A stretch of 64,000 bases of DNA from the NCBI GenBank assembly GCA_951406725.2, contig OX597814.1:98580001-98644000 (forward strand), given 5' to 3'. How positions within the stretch are numbered: the first letter of the stretch is position 1; every line of letters begins with the position of its first letter. Shown here piece by piece: positions 11,381 through 27,340 of this stretch. This stretch comes from Octopus vulgaris. Its lineage: Eukaryota. The notes beneath the pieces are model-generated. The model had not been told where the DNA came from. It searched no databases and saw only the letters and a program-made list of their open reading frames with translations. Position numbers and translations under genes: made by a program.

Positions 11381-13905
11381 TCAATATACTTCTAGCCATC
11401 GCTCATCGTCTCTTTTTAACCAAATCCAGTGGCTAGCCTTCTCCACTGTAGATTGGATATCAGTCATGGTGGTATTGACTTTACGATGAGTTAGGCCTAA
11501 CGATAACAACAGTCGTCTCACGCTGTGTCCTACAAACCCTCTACATCCGACTTCGATAGGAAAATGTTCCGCTTTCCAGCCTGCGTCTTCATATTCCTCG
11601 AGGAGGTTTTCATAACGGTTTCATTTTCGAGCTCGAGCGGCGTCCATATTATCTTCGTGAGGAACCGTTAGCTCGACTATATTTAAAACTTTCTTTCTTT
11701 CACACCACATCAAAATATCTGGTTTTTTCGAAACTGGGATGGGAAAGAAAACCTGGCACCCAGGTAAATCTGCAGTTACCTCCCAATAGTCGTTCCACTT
11801 TTCATTTTTCTCAGGAAGTTTCTTGGTCTTCTTCTTGAAACGGATCTGCTGACCTGGTCGCACGAAGGTAATGAACTCTCTTGATGGTACTTTTAACGAT
11901 TTTTCCTCAGTGTTGTTGAGATGAATTTGATTCTTTATAGCATTGAAGATAACCTTAAGGACCAAGTTGTGCCTCCATGTGTACCTGTTCAATGCTAACG
12001 AACAGTTGGAAAGAATATGTTTTAGTGTACCGACTTTTCCACATTTGCAGACGTCATTCTCTAAGACGTTCCATCTTACTAGATTCGTAGGTGATGGCAA
12101 AACATCATACGATGAACGAATCAGGAAACTCAGCCGAGATGTTGTCCACTTCCACATCTCATCCCAACTTATCTTCCTCTCAACAACATGTTCTTCCCAT
12201 CTCGTCATCTGACCTTGATGAACACATCGGATCAAATGAAGCTCTCTTCTCTCTGCTTCTCTTGTTTTGACGCTGTTGCTAACAACAGATCTGCGTTCAC
12301 ACGGCATCATGCTTGCAAACGGTCTGAACTGATCCGCGCCAAAACCAAATCCTTTCCGATGGTTCTGCGTTGCTCCCACCATATCTCTGTGTGTAAGAGA
12401 AGACAAGATGTTGTCAGTTTCTGCTTCTGCTTTCCACTTCCTGGCTGTTTTCACCTCTGGTGGGTTACGCCTGATTTCCATATCCTTCGATTCTCTCAGC
12501 ATCATGACCGTCCGTATCTTCCCCAACTTATATATTTCGACTATTGATGCTATTGGTAACTGCAACGAACCTCTTTTACGATAAAGAGCTGAGCTGTTCA
12601 ACATACGAGGTAGACCTAGCCACTTTCTAATGAACACATTACATTTTTGTTCGATCTTTTCAACTCGTGACAATGCTACTTCGTATATTAAAAGTGGCCA
12701 CGCAAGTCGCGGGTACAGGCCGAACTGCAAACACCAAATTTTATATTTACCTGGTAACTTCGAAACATCAATCGCTGATAACCCAGCCTCGGCCTGTTTC
12801 ATAATTTCAATCCCACGACTTCTATCTGACAATGTTCCAGCGTATACTCGTCCCAAGCTCTTGACGGGCTCTTCCTTGACTGTTGGAATGCTTTCTTCCG
12901 ATAATCGAAATTTAAATTCTTTCTGCACTCCCTTAACAAATGTCAGACTACGCGACTTTTTTGCTCTAAATCGCATCCTTGACCACCTTACACGTTCGTC
13001 TAATCTCAAAAGGGCATTCTGCATGATTTGTTTATCTGTAGCTAGAAGTGTCACGTCATCCATGAAGGCTTTCTTAGGCGATTGTACATGGGCGATTTGT
13101 TCCGAAAAATCTACACCTTTCAAAATCAACTCCATGACTAAGATAAACCACGTGACAGATATTGTACAGCCAGCAGCAATGCCAACCTCCAATCGGTGCC
13201 AATTTGTTGTAAAACTTCCAGTTGTAAACCTCATTTCGAAACTTTCATAGTACATCCTCATTATTTTGATCACTTTGTCAGGAATGTGGAAGTGGTCCAT
13301 GGCTGTTATTAGTAATTTGTGTGGCACTGAACCATACGCGTTAGCTAGGTCGAGCCATACCACGTTCAGACTTTTCTTGTTCTGTTTGGCATCCTGAATC
13401 GCTTTCCAAATCGAAAAAACAGTGTTCAACGCATCCAGGGATCCCGGGGATTCCGGCCTTTTGAACAGATTCATCAACATATCCGTTACTCTGTAAATAT
13501 GTCACTGTTCTCCTCGACAGAATTCCCATAAAGATCTTGCCTTCCACATTCAATAAGGATATCGGCCTAAACTGTTTTATGGTCTTTGCATTGGCCTCTT
13601 TCGGCAGGTATATACCTTCTGCCTTACACCAATCCTCTACTATAGTCTCCTCGCGCCACAGTTGTCGGATTAGGACGAAGAGCTTCTTTCGCAGACGATT
13701 GCAGTATTTGTAGACTTTATATGAGACGCCATCACCTCCTGGGGCACTCTTCGCTCTAGCTTTTCTTACGAAGTCATTCACCTCTCTCTCCCTGATGTCC
13801 CCAATCTGGAATTCGATATCAGGTCCTGAGAGATGATTTAGCCCATGTAGAGATGGCAGCGGCTGATTACGGTGCGGATCGCTGTAGGTTTCCTTGATAT
13901 GAGCC
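11381..13905 (-). pseudogene. HERO RT-RLE ORF with one frameshift (A6 run 13414-13419) and one internal TGA (11621-11623)
   Basis: Reading through the TGA gives NRYENLLEEYEDAGWKAEHFPIEVGCRGFVG...EKASHWIWLKRDDERWLEVY* ending at 11381. Confidence 0.85.
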
Positions 13906-15059
13906 ACACAACTTGTTTTAGTCATTTCTGTAAATATATTTCATGTTAGATGCAGGAGTAATTGCTCACTAGACCTGAATCTTTTCGAGTTGCTTTACCA
14001 TATCAGGCAAAGTGTTTCTTCAATATTTCATAGCTACTTAATGATATATATATTTAAAGTCATAACCCAAATTTGCTTTCGTTTCATTTGAGTTTAATAC
14101 AGGAACCTTTGAACGGTTCAGCTTCTTAGATCAAAATAATTTCCTATTTAGTTTGTCAGTAGAGTCATGTGAGATTGTCAATAGAAGTCCTTTTCCGTCC
14201 AGTCGATTACACATAGTTCAAATTTAAGAAATTAAAATATTCATTTTTAATAAAATTACGCGTTTCAAAGTATAAAGGACATAATGATCGGGCTTAAAGT
14301 AGTTAAAGAAAGTTCTGCAATCAAAATTATGAGTTGTAGAAATATGAAACTTTCGTGCTCGCAAGAAATTGAAAATATTGATTCATTCTTTCTATATTTG
14401 AGTCCAAATACTTTTGAATTGAAGTTCAGATACATTTGACTAATGCTAGTCATGGTGTCGACTCCAGAAAGTGGAAAACAAATTCGATATCATTTTAACT
14501 GTAAATCAGCTGGAAGTAAATTCGATACTCTAAAGCCTTGTGAACAACGCTTTATAATGCAGCTGTCTCACAATTCCCAGCGCACAAGATTTGAAAATAA
14601 TAACCCCACAAAATCAACTTCATTTCAATGTTATTTTCTACATTTCTACATTAACAGTATGGATAGAAGTAGTTAACACAATATACCAATTCAGTTGTAA
14701 GTTAAAGAATTACATACATTTTAATCATCAAATATTCTGGTGGACAAACGAAGTAATTAATAATGGCTCTTTCGCAAATTATACATATATAATTATATGT
14801 GCGTGCGCACGTGTGTCTGTGTGTATATATAACATATATATATATATATTATATACACATTATGTAAGTATATATACAGTATGTATGTATATATATATAT
14901 ACATACATATATACATATGTATATATACATTGTATATATATATACATTATATACATGTATGCATATATACATATAATTAATAGCAATACACACACATATA
15001 TATAAATAAATATATATGTATATATATACATATACATTATATATATGTACATACATTAT

Positions 15060-15137
<78 letters not shown>

Positions 15138-15187
15138 GTACATATATATATACATGCATATATATATATATTCATATGTACTATGTA

Positions 15188-15223
<36 letters not shown>

Positions 15224-15316
15224 TGATGCAAGAAATACAAATACAACCTGCAATTGAGGGAAAATACTGGATTGAAGCTAAATCTAAAATAGCAAATTTA
15301 AGCAGTTTAGTCTTAC

Positions 15317-15409
15317 CTTTCTGTAGTAATAGATAAATAAATGATAGTGGAGTTTTCAGAAATGTTTTTGAAGATCTCACCAGACCTGTGCAAATCTACT
15401 GTGACAGTA
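15317..15409 (-). CDS. Candidate 93-nt internal exon of an unidentified host gene
   Basis: tttcttttcag acceptor, AG|gtaaga donor; only the phase-2 frame is open: [30 protein letters not shown]. Confidence 0.45.
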
Positions 15410-16385
15410 CTGAAAAGAAAACCAGCTTTATATAGGTTTCCAGAGTAAATAAACGGTAAAAAGAAAAGAAAAGGAAAGGAGCGGAAAGGAAAAAAACTGA
15501 CAAAAGAGAGAATAAATTAAACATGAATAGAGTAATATATCGAGTATAGTTAATTGAAATACTTTGCACCGGGATATATGTTGATCTCGAAGGCGTACCC
15601 TGTGTGACATCATGTGACGAAGAGGGCAAACCCGTTAGGTAAACAGTCGGTTGGTGTTTATGATTACTCGTTTTCTTGACTTGGTGCTTAATTTGATGCC
15701 TGTATCAAGATTTACTTGAAGCACATATAATAGAAAACTGATATTAAAAATAAAATGTGTGAGGATTATGTGATAACTATTATGGGCTCGTTTTGTTTTA
15801 CAACTCTATATTTCTGTAATCCTTACAAATTTAATATTACCAATATGATTTCTTTAAATATGTATAGAATAAAAAATCTATAAAATACCGGAGGCGGCGT
15901 AAATTAATTTCCAGTGGAATTTTTTGACATATTTGTGGTCACTGTTTAGTCATTCCTTGCAGAACACAAACATGAACCATATATTTGCATTGACACCTGC
16001 ATCCTAAAATGAAACTAAAGAAACATTGACTCATCTTAATGATACTGCAAATCTAAAATTCACCCAAAAAATAACATTTATTTATCTATTTTTTACTTAC
16101 ATTTAAGATTTCTTCTTTCCTTTCTTATATATTGTTAGAGGAGTACACGTACGTTTATTGACTTTATCTCTTTTCTAAATATAACATTTATGTTTCTTTA
16201 TAAAAAGCATTGGGAATTTGTTAATCAGTGCCGGTGCTAGCTTCTAAACGAAGGATGTGGTTACGATTGAGAGTAGAGTCATAAATTTCCCTTTATCCGA
16301 TTTCATAAGTAACGAATCCTGATGCTAAATATATGTGTATGTGTGTGTGCGTTCGTTCCTCTGTGTGTGTGTGTGTGTGTGGAGA

Positions 16386-16425
<40 letters not shown>

Positions 16426-16553
16426 ATGAGTCACGACTGAAAGGTTTCGGGTTCAGTCCCACTGCTTCGTACCTTAGGCTGACTAGTCTTGTGAGAGGAT
16501 TTGGTTGATGGAATCTGAAAGAAGCCCGTCACACACACACACACATACACACA

Positions 16554-16585
<32 letters not shown>

Positions 16586-16650
16586 TACACAGACACAAAC
16601 CACACACACATAAACACATACACAGACAAACACGCACACATGTATATATA

Positions 16651-16726
<76 letters not shown>

Positions 16727-17184
16727 CATATATGTATATATATATGTATGTGTGTGCATGTCTGTATGCATATATTTACGTGTGCGTGTCTTTATATTTG
16801 CGATAGTCCAGCACTACCGCTTGACAAACAATGTTGGTTTGTTTATATCACCGTAACTTAGCAGATCGGCAAAAGTGACCGATAGAATAAGCACCAGACT
16901 TAAAAATAATAAGCTGGTTTGTTCGACTAAAACCTTCAAGGCGGAGCTCCAGCATGGCTGCAGTCCAATGACTAACATTTTCGCATATATGAACATGCCA
17001 ACTGATTTTCGGCTATCAAAATCTTGTTATTCAGGAATAAGTAATACTCTGAAAAGCAAAGTTGACTTTAGTAGGACATGAACTCGGGTGTAATGACTCG
17101 GAACAAGCACTGCAAGGTATTATCTCCAATGACCTATCGAATCTGTCAGCTCACTCGAACAAAAATAAGAAGAACGACAATAGT

Positions 17185-17395
17185 AATCCTTTCTACTAAA
17201 GGCACAATTCCTGAAATTTTAGGGGAGGAGACTAGTCGATGACATTGACCTCAGTGTTTCACCTGCACTTAATTTATCGACTCCGAAGGGATAAACCGAC
17301 CTCGGCGGAATTCGAACACAGAACGTAGCAACGTACGAAATACTGCTAAGCATTTCATCCAGCGGGCTAACGATTCTGTCAGCTCGCCGCCTTAA
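17185..17395 (-). mobile_element. SINE family A
   Basis: Reverse complement of head ggcggcgagctgacagaatcgttagc, core and tail. Confidence 0.8.
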
Positions 17396-17424
17396 CAATA
17401 AGAATAAGAATATTAATAATAACA

Positions 17425-17815
17425 GGCGGCGAGCTGGCAGAAACGTTAGCACGCCGGGCGAAATGCGTAGCCGTATTTCGCCTGCCGTTACGTTCTGAAT
17501 TCAAATTCCGCCGAGGTTGACTTTGCCTTTCATCCTTTCGGGGTCAATAAATTAAGGACCAGTTACGCACTGGGGCCGATGAAATCGACTTAATCCGTTT
17601 GTCTGTCCTTGTTTGTCCTCTCTGTGTTTAGACCCTTGTGGGTAGTAAAGAAATGGGTATTTCGTCTGTCTTTACGTTCTGAGTTCAAAAATTCCCCCGA
17701 GGTCGACTTTGCCTTTCATCCTTAAGTACCAGTTGCGAATTGGAGTCGATCTAATCGACTGGCCCCCTCCCACAAAATTTCGGGCCTTGTGTCTAGAGTA
17801 CAAAAGAATAATAGT
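17425..17815 (+). mobile_element. SINE family A composite
   Basis: ggcggcgagctggcagaaacgttagcacgccgggcgaaatg head, core, Tx1-like tail, restart at ggtatttcg, second tail. Confidence 0.85.
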
Positions 17816-17869
17816 AATAAAAAATTTAATTGCTCTATTGCAGTACTGATTGTCTTTTTGCTTTTCTGT

Positions 17870-18660
17870 TGTGAGCTGTATGGAAAAGGGAAAAGACAAT
17901 CAGCTAGCATTCCTAGACGTATTAATAACACGCACCAAGTATGGATTCAGGACATCCGTATACCGCAAGCCGACTTTCACTGGACGATACCTTAAATTCA
18001 ATACCCACCATCCATACAGTGTAAAGGGAGGGATTGCTCAGTACCTAAAACACCGAGCAAAAAATATACCCATCACGAAGAAATGATCAAGCTCGGTAAC
18101 AATCCATTAAGCAACAAACACCCAAAAACATATCTACTCCAATTAGAAAGAGGAGAGAAGATGAAACCCATAAAATGACCACAGTCTGCCTGCCCTATGT
18201 GAAAGGCCTCTCTGAAAAGAAACAAAAGATATGCGGCCCATATGACATCAGGGGAGTATTCAAGAGTAATACAACACTTTGCAAATATCTCCTTCAAGTA
18301 AAACCACCAATAGAAGACAATATGACCAAAAACTGCGTGTACTCCACCCCATGCAGCTGTGGTAGGTTATACAAAGGTGAAACATGCTGCCCCTCAAAAT
18401 AAGAGTAGAGGAACATCGTAAAGCTGTGACACGAGGAGATATTGATAAATCGAGTATAGTTGATCATGTATGAAATAATGGAGACCGCTTTCCTCTGTGG
18501 ATGAAGTTAAAATAATAGACAGAGAACACCACTGGAAAATGCGAAAACTAAAAGAAGGAGCACATATGCTAGGACACAACTTCCTAAGCAGACCGAGTGC
18601 AGATATGAATAGCATATGGAAACCGGTATTAAGGAAGGATAGGAAAATATTAGATTTATA
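17870..18660 (+). mobile_element. Penelope-like element remnant (RT C-terminus plus GIY-YIG endonuclease), degenerate
   Basis: LAFLDVLI..TSVYRKPTFTGRYLKFNTHHP; LPYVKGLSE; NCVYSTPCSCGRLYKGET..RVEEH. Confidence 0.85.
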
Positions 18661-18844
18661 AGCCCTAAAAATTCATCCCATAATTGCTCACAGGATGTGA
18701 CGTAGTGGTTAAGAGAGCGGGCTACTAATCCAAATATTCCGAGTTCCAAGTAGTGATCTGAATAATAGTAAAAATAATAACAATAATAATAATAACATAG
18801 AAAAATACCTTAGGAATGAGAACCCAGGTTCGAAATTTGCCCAA

Positions 18845-18890
18845 GACACCTGATGTAGGCTGGAGGGTGTATCAGCCGAAACGTTGATAC
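18845..18890 (+). ncRNA. Minimal hammerhead motif of a Penelope-like terminal repeat, core mutated
   Basis: ctgatgTa-ggctg..cagcc-gaaacgtt: stem II ggctg/cagcc, palindromic aacgtt. Confidence 0.55.
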
Positions 18891-20876
18891 AAGTTGAGGA
18901 CAAATATCCGTCAAATTTAAATAATGAAAATAATTTAGATAATTCCTTAAATATAGAACTGTATTAACGATACTTCAATAAGTGCAACGATACTACACAA
19001 TAAAAATCTACTAACTAAAAAGATTAAGAAATCGAAGCATTTACCAACAAATTCATCAATAATAAATTGAGCTCTTTCATACAATCTTTTATCTTTTACC
19101 GTTTCCGTGTGTCAATCATTAGACTGCGGCCATGAAGAACTTTTAGCCTAATTAATCGATCTTAGTACTTAATTTTTTTCATAAGCCTGGTATTTATTCT
19201 ATCGGTCTTTTGCGAAACGGTAAGTTACGATGAAGTTGCGCAATATTTTGCCATATCTAATTATCTCTCCCAGAAAGCGTTATAGACATCTTTTCTCTTA
19301 TCGTTGACAAATTCACTCACAGAGGAAATTTTCAGGATTCCATGAGAAATGTGAAGGTTTCCGTTAGGGACTTCATCTTTAAGTTGAAAAATCATCAATG
19401 CTCATTTCAAGGACGCAAGTGTTAAATTAATATAAAGCTTTTAATATTATGCAATAAACCGTCTTATAAATAAGAATGCTTCTTTCTTTCCACATGAGGG
19501 ATGAAATCGAGGTGGTGAATTGATAAAAGTAGAGCACTACTTTAAAGCTGTATATTCTGACAATCAACTTCCAAAAGAAATGTGTACGTTGAGAATAGAT
19601 TGCTTTTCAACTCAGTAGTCAATTTACATGCTCTGACTATAATATCATTCTGCTTGTCACGACTTGTTTTGCTTTAAACAACAATCGAAGACATAACGCA
19701 AAGTCGAGTGTTATTCTTTAACATTTTTGACGAAATGAATAACATAATTGACATTATCAATACTAAGAGCAATGTTAAAATCTATAATTTGTTAGCTAAA
19801 ATAGAAAATTAGAACTGCTTGTTAATATTTGCTTGAGGTAGTAGCCAAATCTCCAACTAAAATTCTACATCTCACAAAGCGGAAAGAGGCATTTGTTGAT
19901 GTTATTTTGGCTAGACAAAAAGGAGAGATGTGGCTAATTACTCTGCAACAGGATTAGTATGTTATAGCTTCTGTTTTAATAGGAAGTCTTCAATCATATA
20001 TATTTGTTTCAAATTTTGGCACAATGTCAGCAAGTTCGGGGGTGGGGGAGTAACTTATTTTATCGACTCCGAGAGAACGTAGGGCAAAGTCGACCTCGAC
20101 GGAATTCTTCAACTATATATATTATTTTTCAAAAATAAATCTATTTTTAATTTGTATTTTTCTCTTTGTCAGAAATGTACAGCCCAAACATATTTGAATA
20201 GATTTAATCATACATTTAAAAAATCAACATCCCTGTTGCTGTTATTGTTATTAACATTCTTGTATTAGTTTCTTGGTCAATTCTGATTGAGTAGTCCTAT
20301 GATTCTAAGCGTTCCAGTTATGACCATCACTTATTTCATTTGAATATAGTACATGCTGTTTAGGGCTACAATCAAAGATACCAATTTTCTGGTGTAAATT
20401 GAGGAAGAAATGAGTGTTATTTCTAGCTGGTCGAGCAATAACATATTAACTAGACAAAGGATTGTATATTAAATGAGTGACGTGGTTGTGGGTAATAAGT
20501 TTCATTTTATTAGTTGAATCGACTTTTCAACTGGTCAGTTCACCTCAACATTTTGTCGAGAGTGTTAAACGGTTACAATATAACGTAAAAAAAATGAGAT
20601 TTGACAGCAGTTTGTGGTAGAATTAAGCTTGTGAGAAGGATGCAACGTGGCATCATTGATGTGTCATTGATAAAAATATTTTCAAATGACTTAGCTGCTA
20701 AAAGAGTCTCTATGTTGTTAGTCGACTTGTTAGTCAAACCTTCAAACCACACCCACCGATTTTAAAACCAGAAGAATACTGTGGATATACAAAAATCATG
20801 GATATACAAAAATTAATAAACAAATGAATAAATGATGATGATGATGATGACGATGACGATGACGATGATGATGATG

Positions 20877-20940
<64 letters not shown>

Positions 20941-20942
<2 letters not shown>

Positions 20943-21453
20943 CTCAATACCACAGAATTCTGCTCAATACCACAGAATTCTGCTCAATACCACAGAATTC
21001 TGCTCAATACCACAGATTCTGCTCAATACCACAGAATTCTGCTCAATACCACAGAATTCTGCTCAATACCACAGAATTCTGCTCAATACCATAAATTCTG
21101 CTCAATACCACAGAATTCTGCTCAATACCACAGATTCTGCTCAATACCACAGAATTCTGCTCAATACCACAGAATTCTGCTCAATACCACAGAATTCTGC
21201 TCAATACCACAGATTCTGCTCAATACCACAGAATTCTGCTCAATACCACAGAATTCTGCTCAATACCACAGAATTCTGCTCAATACCACAGATTCTGCTC
21301 AATACCACAGAATTCTGCTCAATACCACAGAATTCTGCTCAATACCACAGAATTCTGCTCAATACCACAGAATTCTGCTCAATACCACAGAATTCTGCTC
21401 AATACCACAGATTCTGCTCAATACCACAGAATTCTGCTCAATACCACAGATTT
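20941..21453 (+). repeat. 20/19-bp minisatellite (tgctcaataccacagaattc), about 26 units
   Basis: Direct count: 25 full units plus a final unit that runs into the adjacent element. Confidence 0.95.
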
Positions 21454-21874
21454 GCTTGTCAGTTGTTTGACCTTAACCAGTTGAGCATGTCCCTTAGTGG
21501 CTGACGATATGTGCATCTCTGATCACGAGCAGAGGTAGTGGGGGAGCATCATAGCCATGTGTTGAGAGGGATTCTTTGGGGTTTGAATAATTCACCTCTG
21601 GAAACATGGGTGGTTCTTTCAACATCCTTAAACAACCCTTATTCAGGGACCTTTTGAGCGGGATGGGCTACTCAACCTGAAGAAATTTCTAACTGGGCTT
21701 CACCTGCAAGGTCATGTGCTGTTTATCTTGATATGAGATCACCATGTCGCGCACATATGGTTGTGATGCATGTGCCTGGTGCACCCTTATCAGACGGGTA
21801 GTCATGATGGGTATATTGGGCTTCGTATATTTTACCCCAGTGTCACTTTGATGGCATGAACTGCTCTCTCACTC
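21435..21874 (+). mobile_element. Non-coding 3' portion of a retroelement inserted in (AAT)n
   Basis: Balanced-composition block bounded by AAT arrays; a second copy of its 3' end with the same tail at 1363-1460. Confidence 0.6.
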
Positions 21875-23821
<1,947 letters not shown>

Positions 23822-23903
23822 CAACAACAACAAGAAATGGAAGAAAATTGAAGAAGAAAAAAGTAATAATAATAATAAGATAATGATAATGATAATAATA
23901 ATG

Positions 23904-23964
<61 letters not shown>

Positions 23965-24452
23965 CAACAACAACAACAACAACATTTTATCACAGATCTG
24001 CTTCATTAGATCTGACGTGGAGCTGGACAAAAACAAAACCCACACCAATAACATCTTCAAAATGAAAAATGTACATTCAATCCAATTTGAATGTTCATTT
24101 TCTTCAAATGGATGACTATAACCTTTCGATTTTGCTTTCTAGTTACTTCATTATTAACACACACACACACACACACATACATACACATACGCACACACGC
24201 ACACATACACACACACATACACACACACAGACGCACGCGCACACACACACACGTATATATGTATGTATATTCTTCATGCAACTGTGAAAAATATATTGAT
24301 CATAGATGTTTGCAAAAACACTGCAGCTAAAAAGATCGTTTATTATCTCATAATTTTGTTAAATAACAGTTAGTAATTAATCACTGTTTACTTACATAAT
24401 TAGTCAGCATGAAGGACGTCTGCATTATCAACCATTCTGCCATTGGTATTAC

Positions 24453-24593
24453 TTGTTAACCTGGTACTCGTTTTCTTGACCGTCATTAGGCGTTAATTTT
24501 ATCCTAGAACTATCCAATAGCAACTGCAAAATCACTTCTTCGAATATCGGATTTGACACACATAGAGTCAGGGGAACAGAATTAGCATAGTAT
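24453..24593 (-). CDS. Candidate 141-nt internal exon, phase 2-2
   Basis: tttccag acceptor, AA|gtaata donor, open frame YYANSVPLTLCVSNPIFEEVILQLLLDSSRIKLTPNDGQENEYQVN; phase-compatible with 15317-15409. Confidence 0.3.
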
Positions 24594-24794
24594 CTGGAAA
24601 TTTAATAACATTTATGATAAAACTGTAGAAGCCTTCTATCTTTAAACTGGAGAAAATATTTAGAAGAAAAAATAAAACGAATGATATTCTTCTCCATAAT
24701 AAGATCCTTATTGTTCTTCGTATTATCGTTATTATAATTTTGGTGGTGGAACAAAAATGTGGAGCTAGCAGTAGAACACCAGATCAGAGAGCGT

Positions 24795-25116
24795 ACAAAT
24801 TCCGCCGAGGTCGACTTTGCCTTTCATCCTTTTGGGGCTCGATAAATTAAGTACCAGTTACGCACTTAATCTGTTTGTCTGTCCTTGTTTGTCGCCTCTG
24901 TGTTTAGCCCCTTGTGGGTAGTAAAGAAATAGGTATTTCGTCTGCCGTTACGTTCTGAGTTCAAATTCCGCCGAGTTCGACTTTGCCTTTCATCCTTTCG
25001 GGGTCGATAAATTAAGTACCAGTTACGCACTGGGGTCGATGTAATCGACTTAATCCGTTTGTCTGTCCTTGTTTGTCGCCTCTGTGTTTAGCCCCTTGTG
25101 GGTAGTAAAGAAATAG
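24795..25116 (+). mobile_element. SINE family A, two tandem units each ending in the Tx1-like tail
   Basis: core-tail, restart at ggtatttcgtctgccgttacg, core-tail. Confidence 0.85.
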
Positions 25117-25447
25117 ATTAGAGTGCGTACGTTTTTTTAATTTGCTGTTTCTTGCCCTGTGTCCAAATATGTGATATTCATCGTGTCAGAATCGATAGGA
25201 TATCTGCATGTAATATACATGAGTCAATTTCATATACTCCTTTGCGTAGTCAACAGACGAGGATCCAGAGATTATCATTATTGAAAACACTTAGTAGTGC
25301 TCAAATGATTCGAACTTAGACTCCGGTTGCTATACGAGGGACCAATTCCGTGGGGTAAAGAGCTGGTATAAGAGGGATCAAGATAAGAAACTTGGGTTTG
25401 ATATATACATACATACATACACACACATATATATATATATATATATA

Positions 25448-25542
<95 letters not shown>

Positions 25543-25605
25543 CTATACATATATATATATATTTATATATATATATATATATTTGTGTGTGTGTATGTAT
25601 ATAAA

Positions 25606-25653
<48 letters not shown>

Positions 25654-25666
25654 CATATATACACAG

Positions 25667-25727
<61 letters not shown>

Positions 25728-26248
25728 TATCAGCATAAAACTGATATTTGTAGTGTCCTATTTTTTTCTCATATTTCGCTGCCATGTAAATATTTTGTAT
25801 TTTGTTCCTTATTGTAGAGAAATGCTTAAAATATGCAATGAGCCTTCTGCGCTGTTCCATTGTTGTCAATGATAGAGATTAATATTAGCAAAGCAATTAA
25901 TTTCATTAATATCATCCTCATCATTCTCATAATCCTCCTCCTCCTCATCATCATCAGGATCTCATCATCACCATCACCAACGGCAACAATACTATATCGT
26001 AATCTGTAAGAGTGTATACAAGAAGCGGTAACAATGCACGCTGAAATTATATACTTAAATCCGTTAAAAGAATTGTAATTACTTATTAGCTTAGACATCA
26101 TCTTCATCATCATTATCATCGTCGTCGTCGTCGTCGTCGTCATCATCATCATGGTCATCGTCGCTATCGTCACCATCTTCATCGTCATTGTCGTCACCAT
26201 TTTCGTCGTCATTGTCGTCTTCCTCCTCCTCCTCCTCCTCCTCATCAA

Positions 26249-27340
<1,092 letters not shown>

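Larger units (their letters stand above)
11140..13910 (-). mobile_element. HERO-clade RLE non-LTR retrotransposon, 5'-truncated
   Basis: RT motifs FRPISLLNVEGK, WLDLANAYGSVPH, GIAAGCTIS, AFMDD; CCHC knuckle CKC..HILSNC; RYTWRHNLVL; PD..ELTVP RLE; aataaa near the 3' end. Confidence 0.9.

Noticed and set aside
11943-13250. Antisense ORFs over the HERO element (also over the CR1-group ORFs)
   Set aside because: Shadow frames of real coding sequence with no independent motifs
20941-21453. CRISPR-like array or 212-aa repeat protein (ORF 20832-21470)
   Set aside because: Units are contiguous with no unique spacers, the context is eukaryotic, and the ORF is a by-product of the repeat
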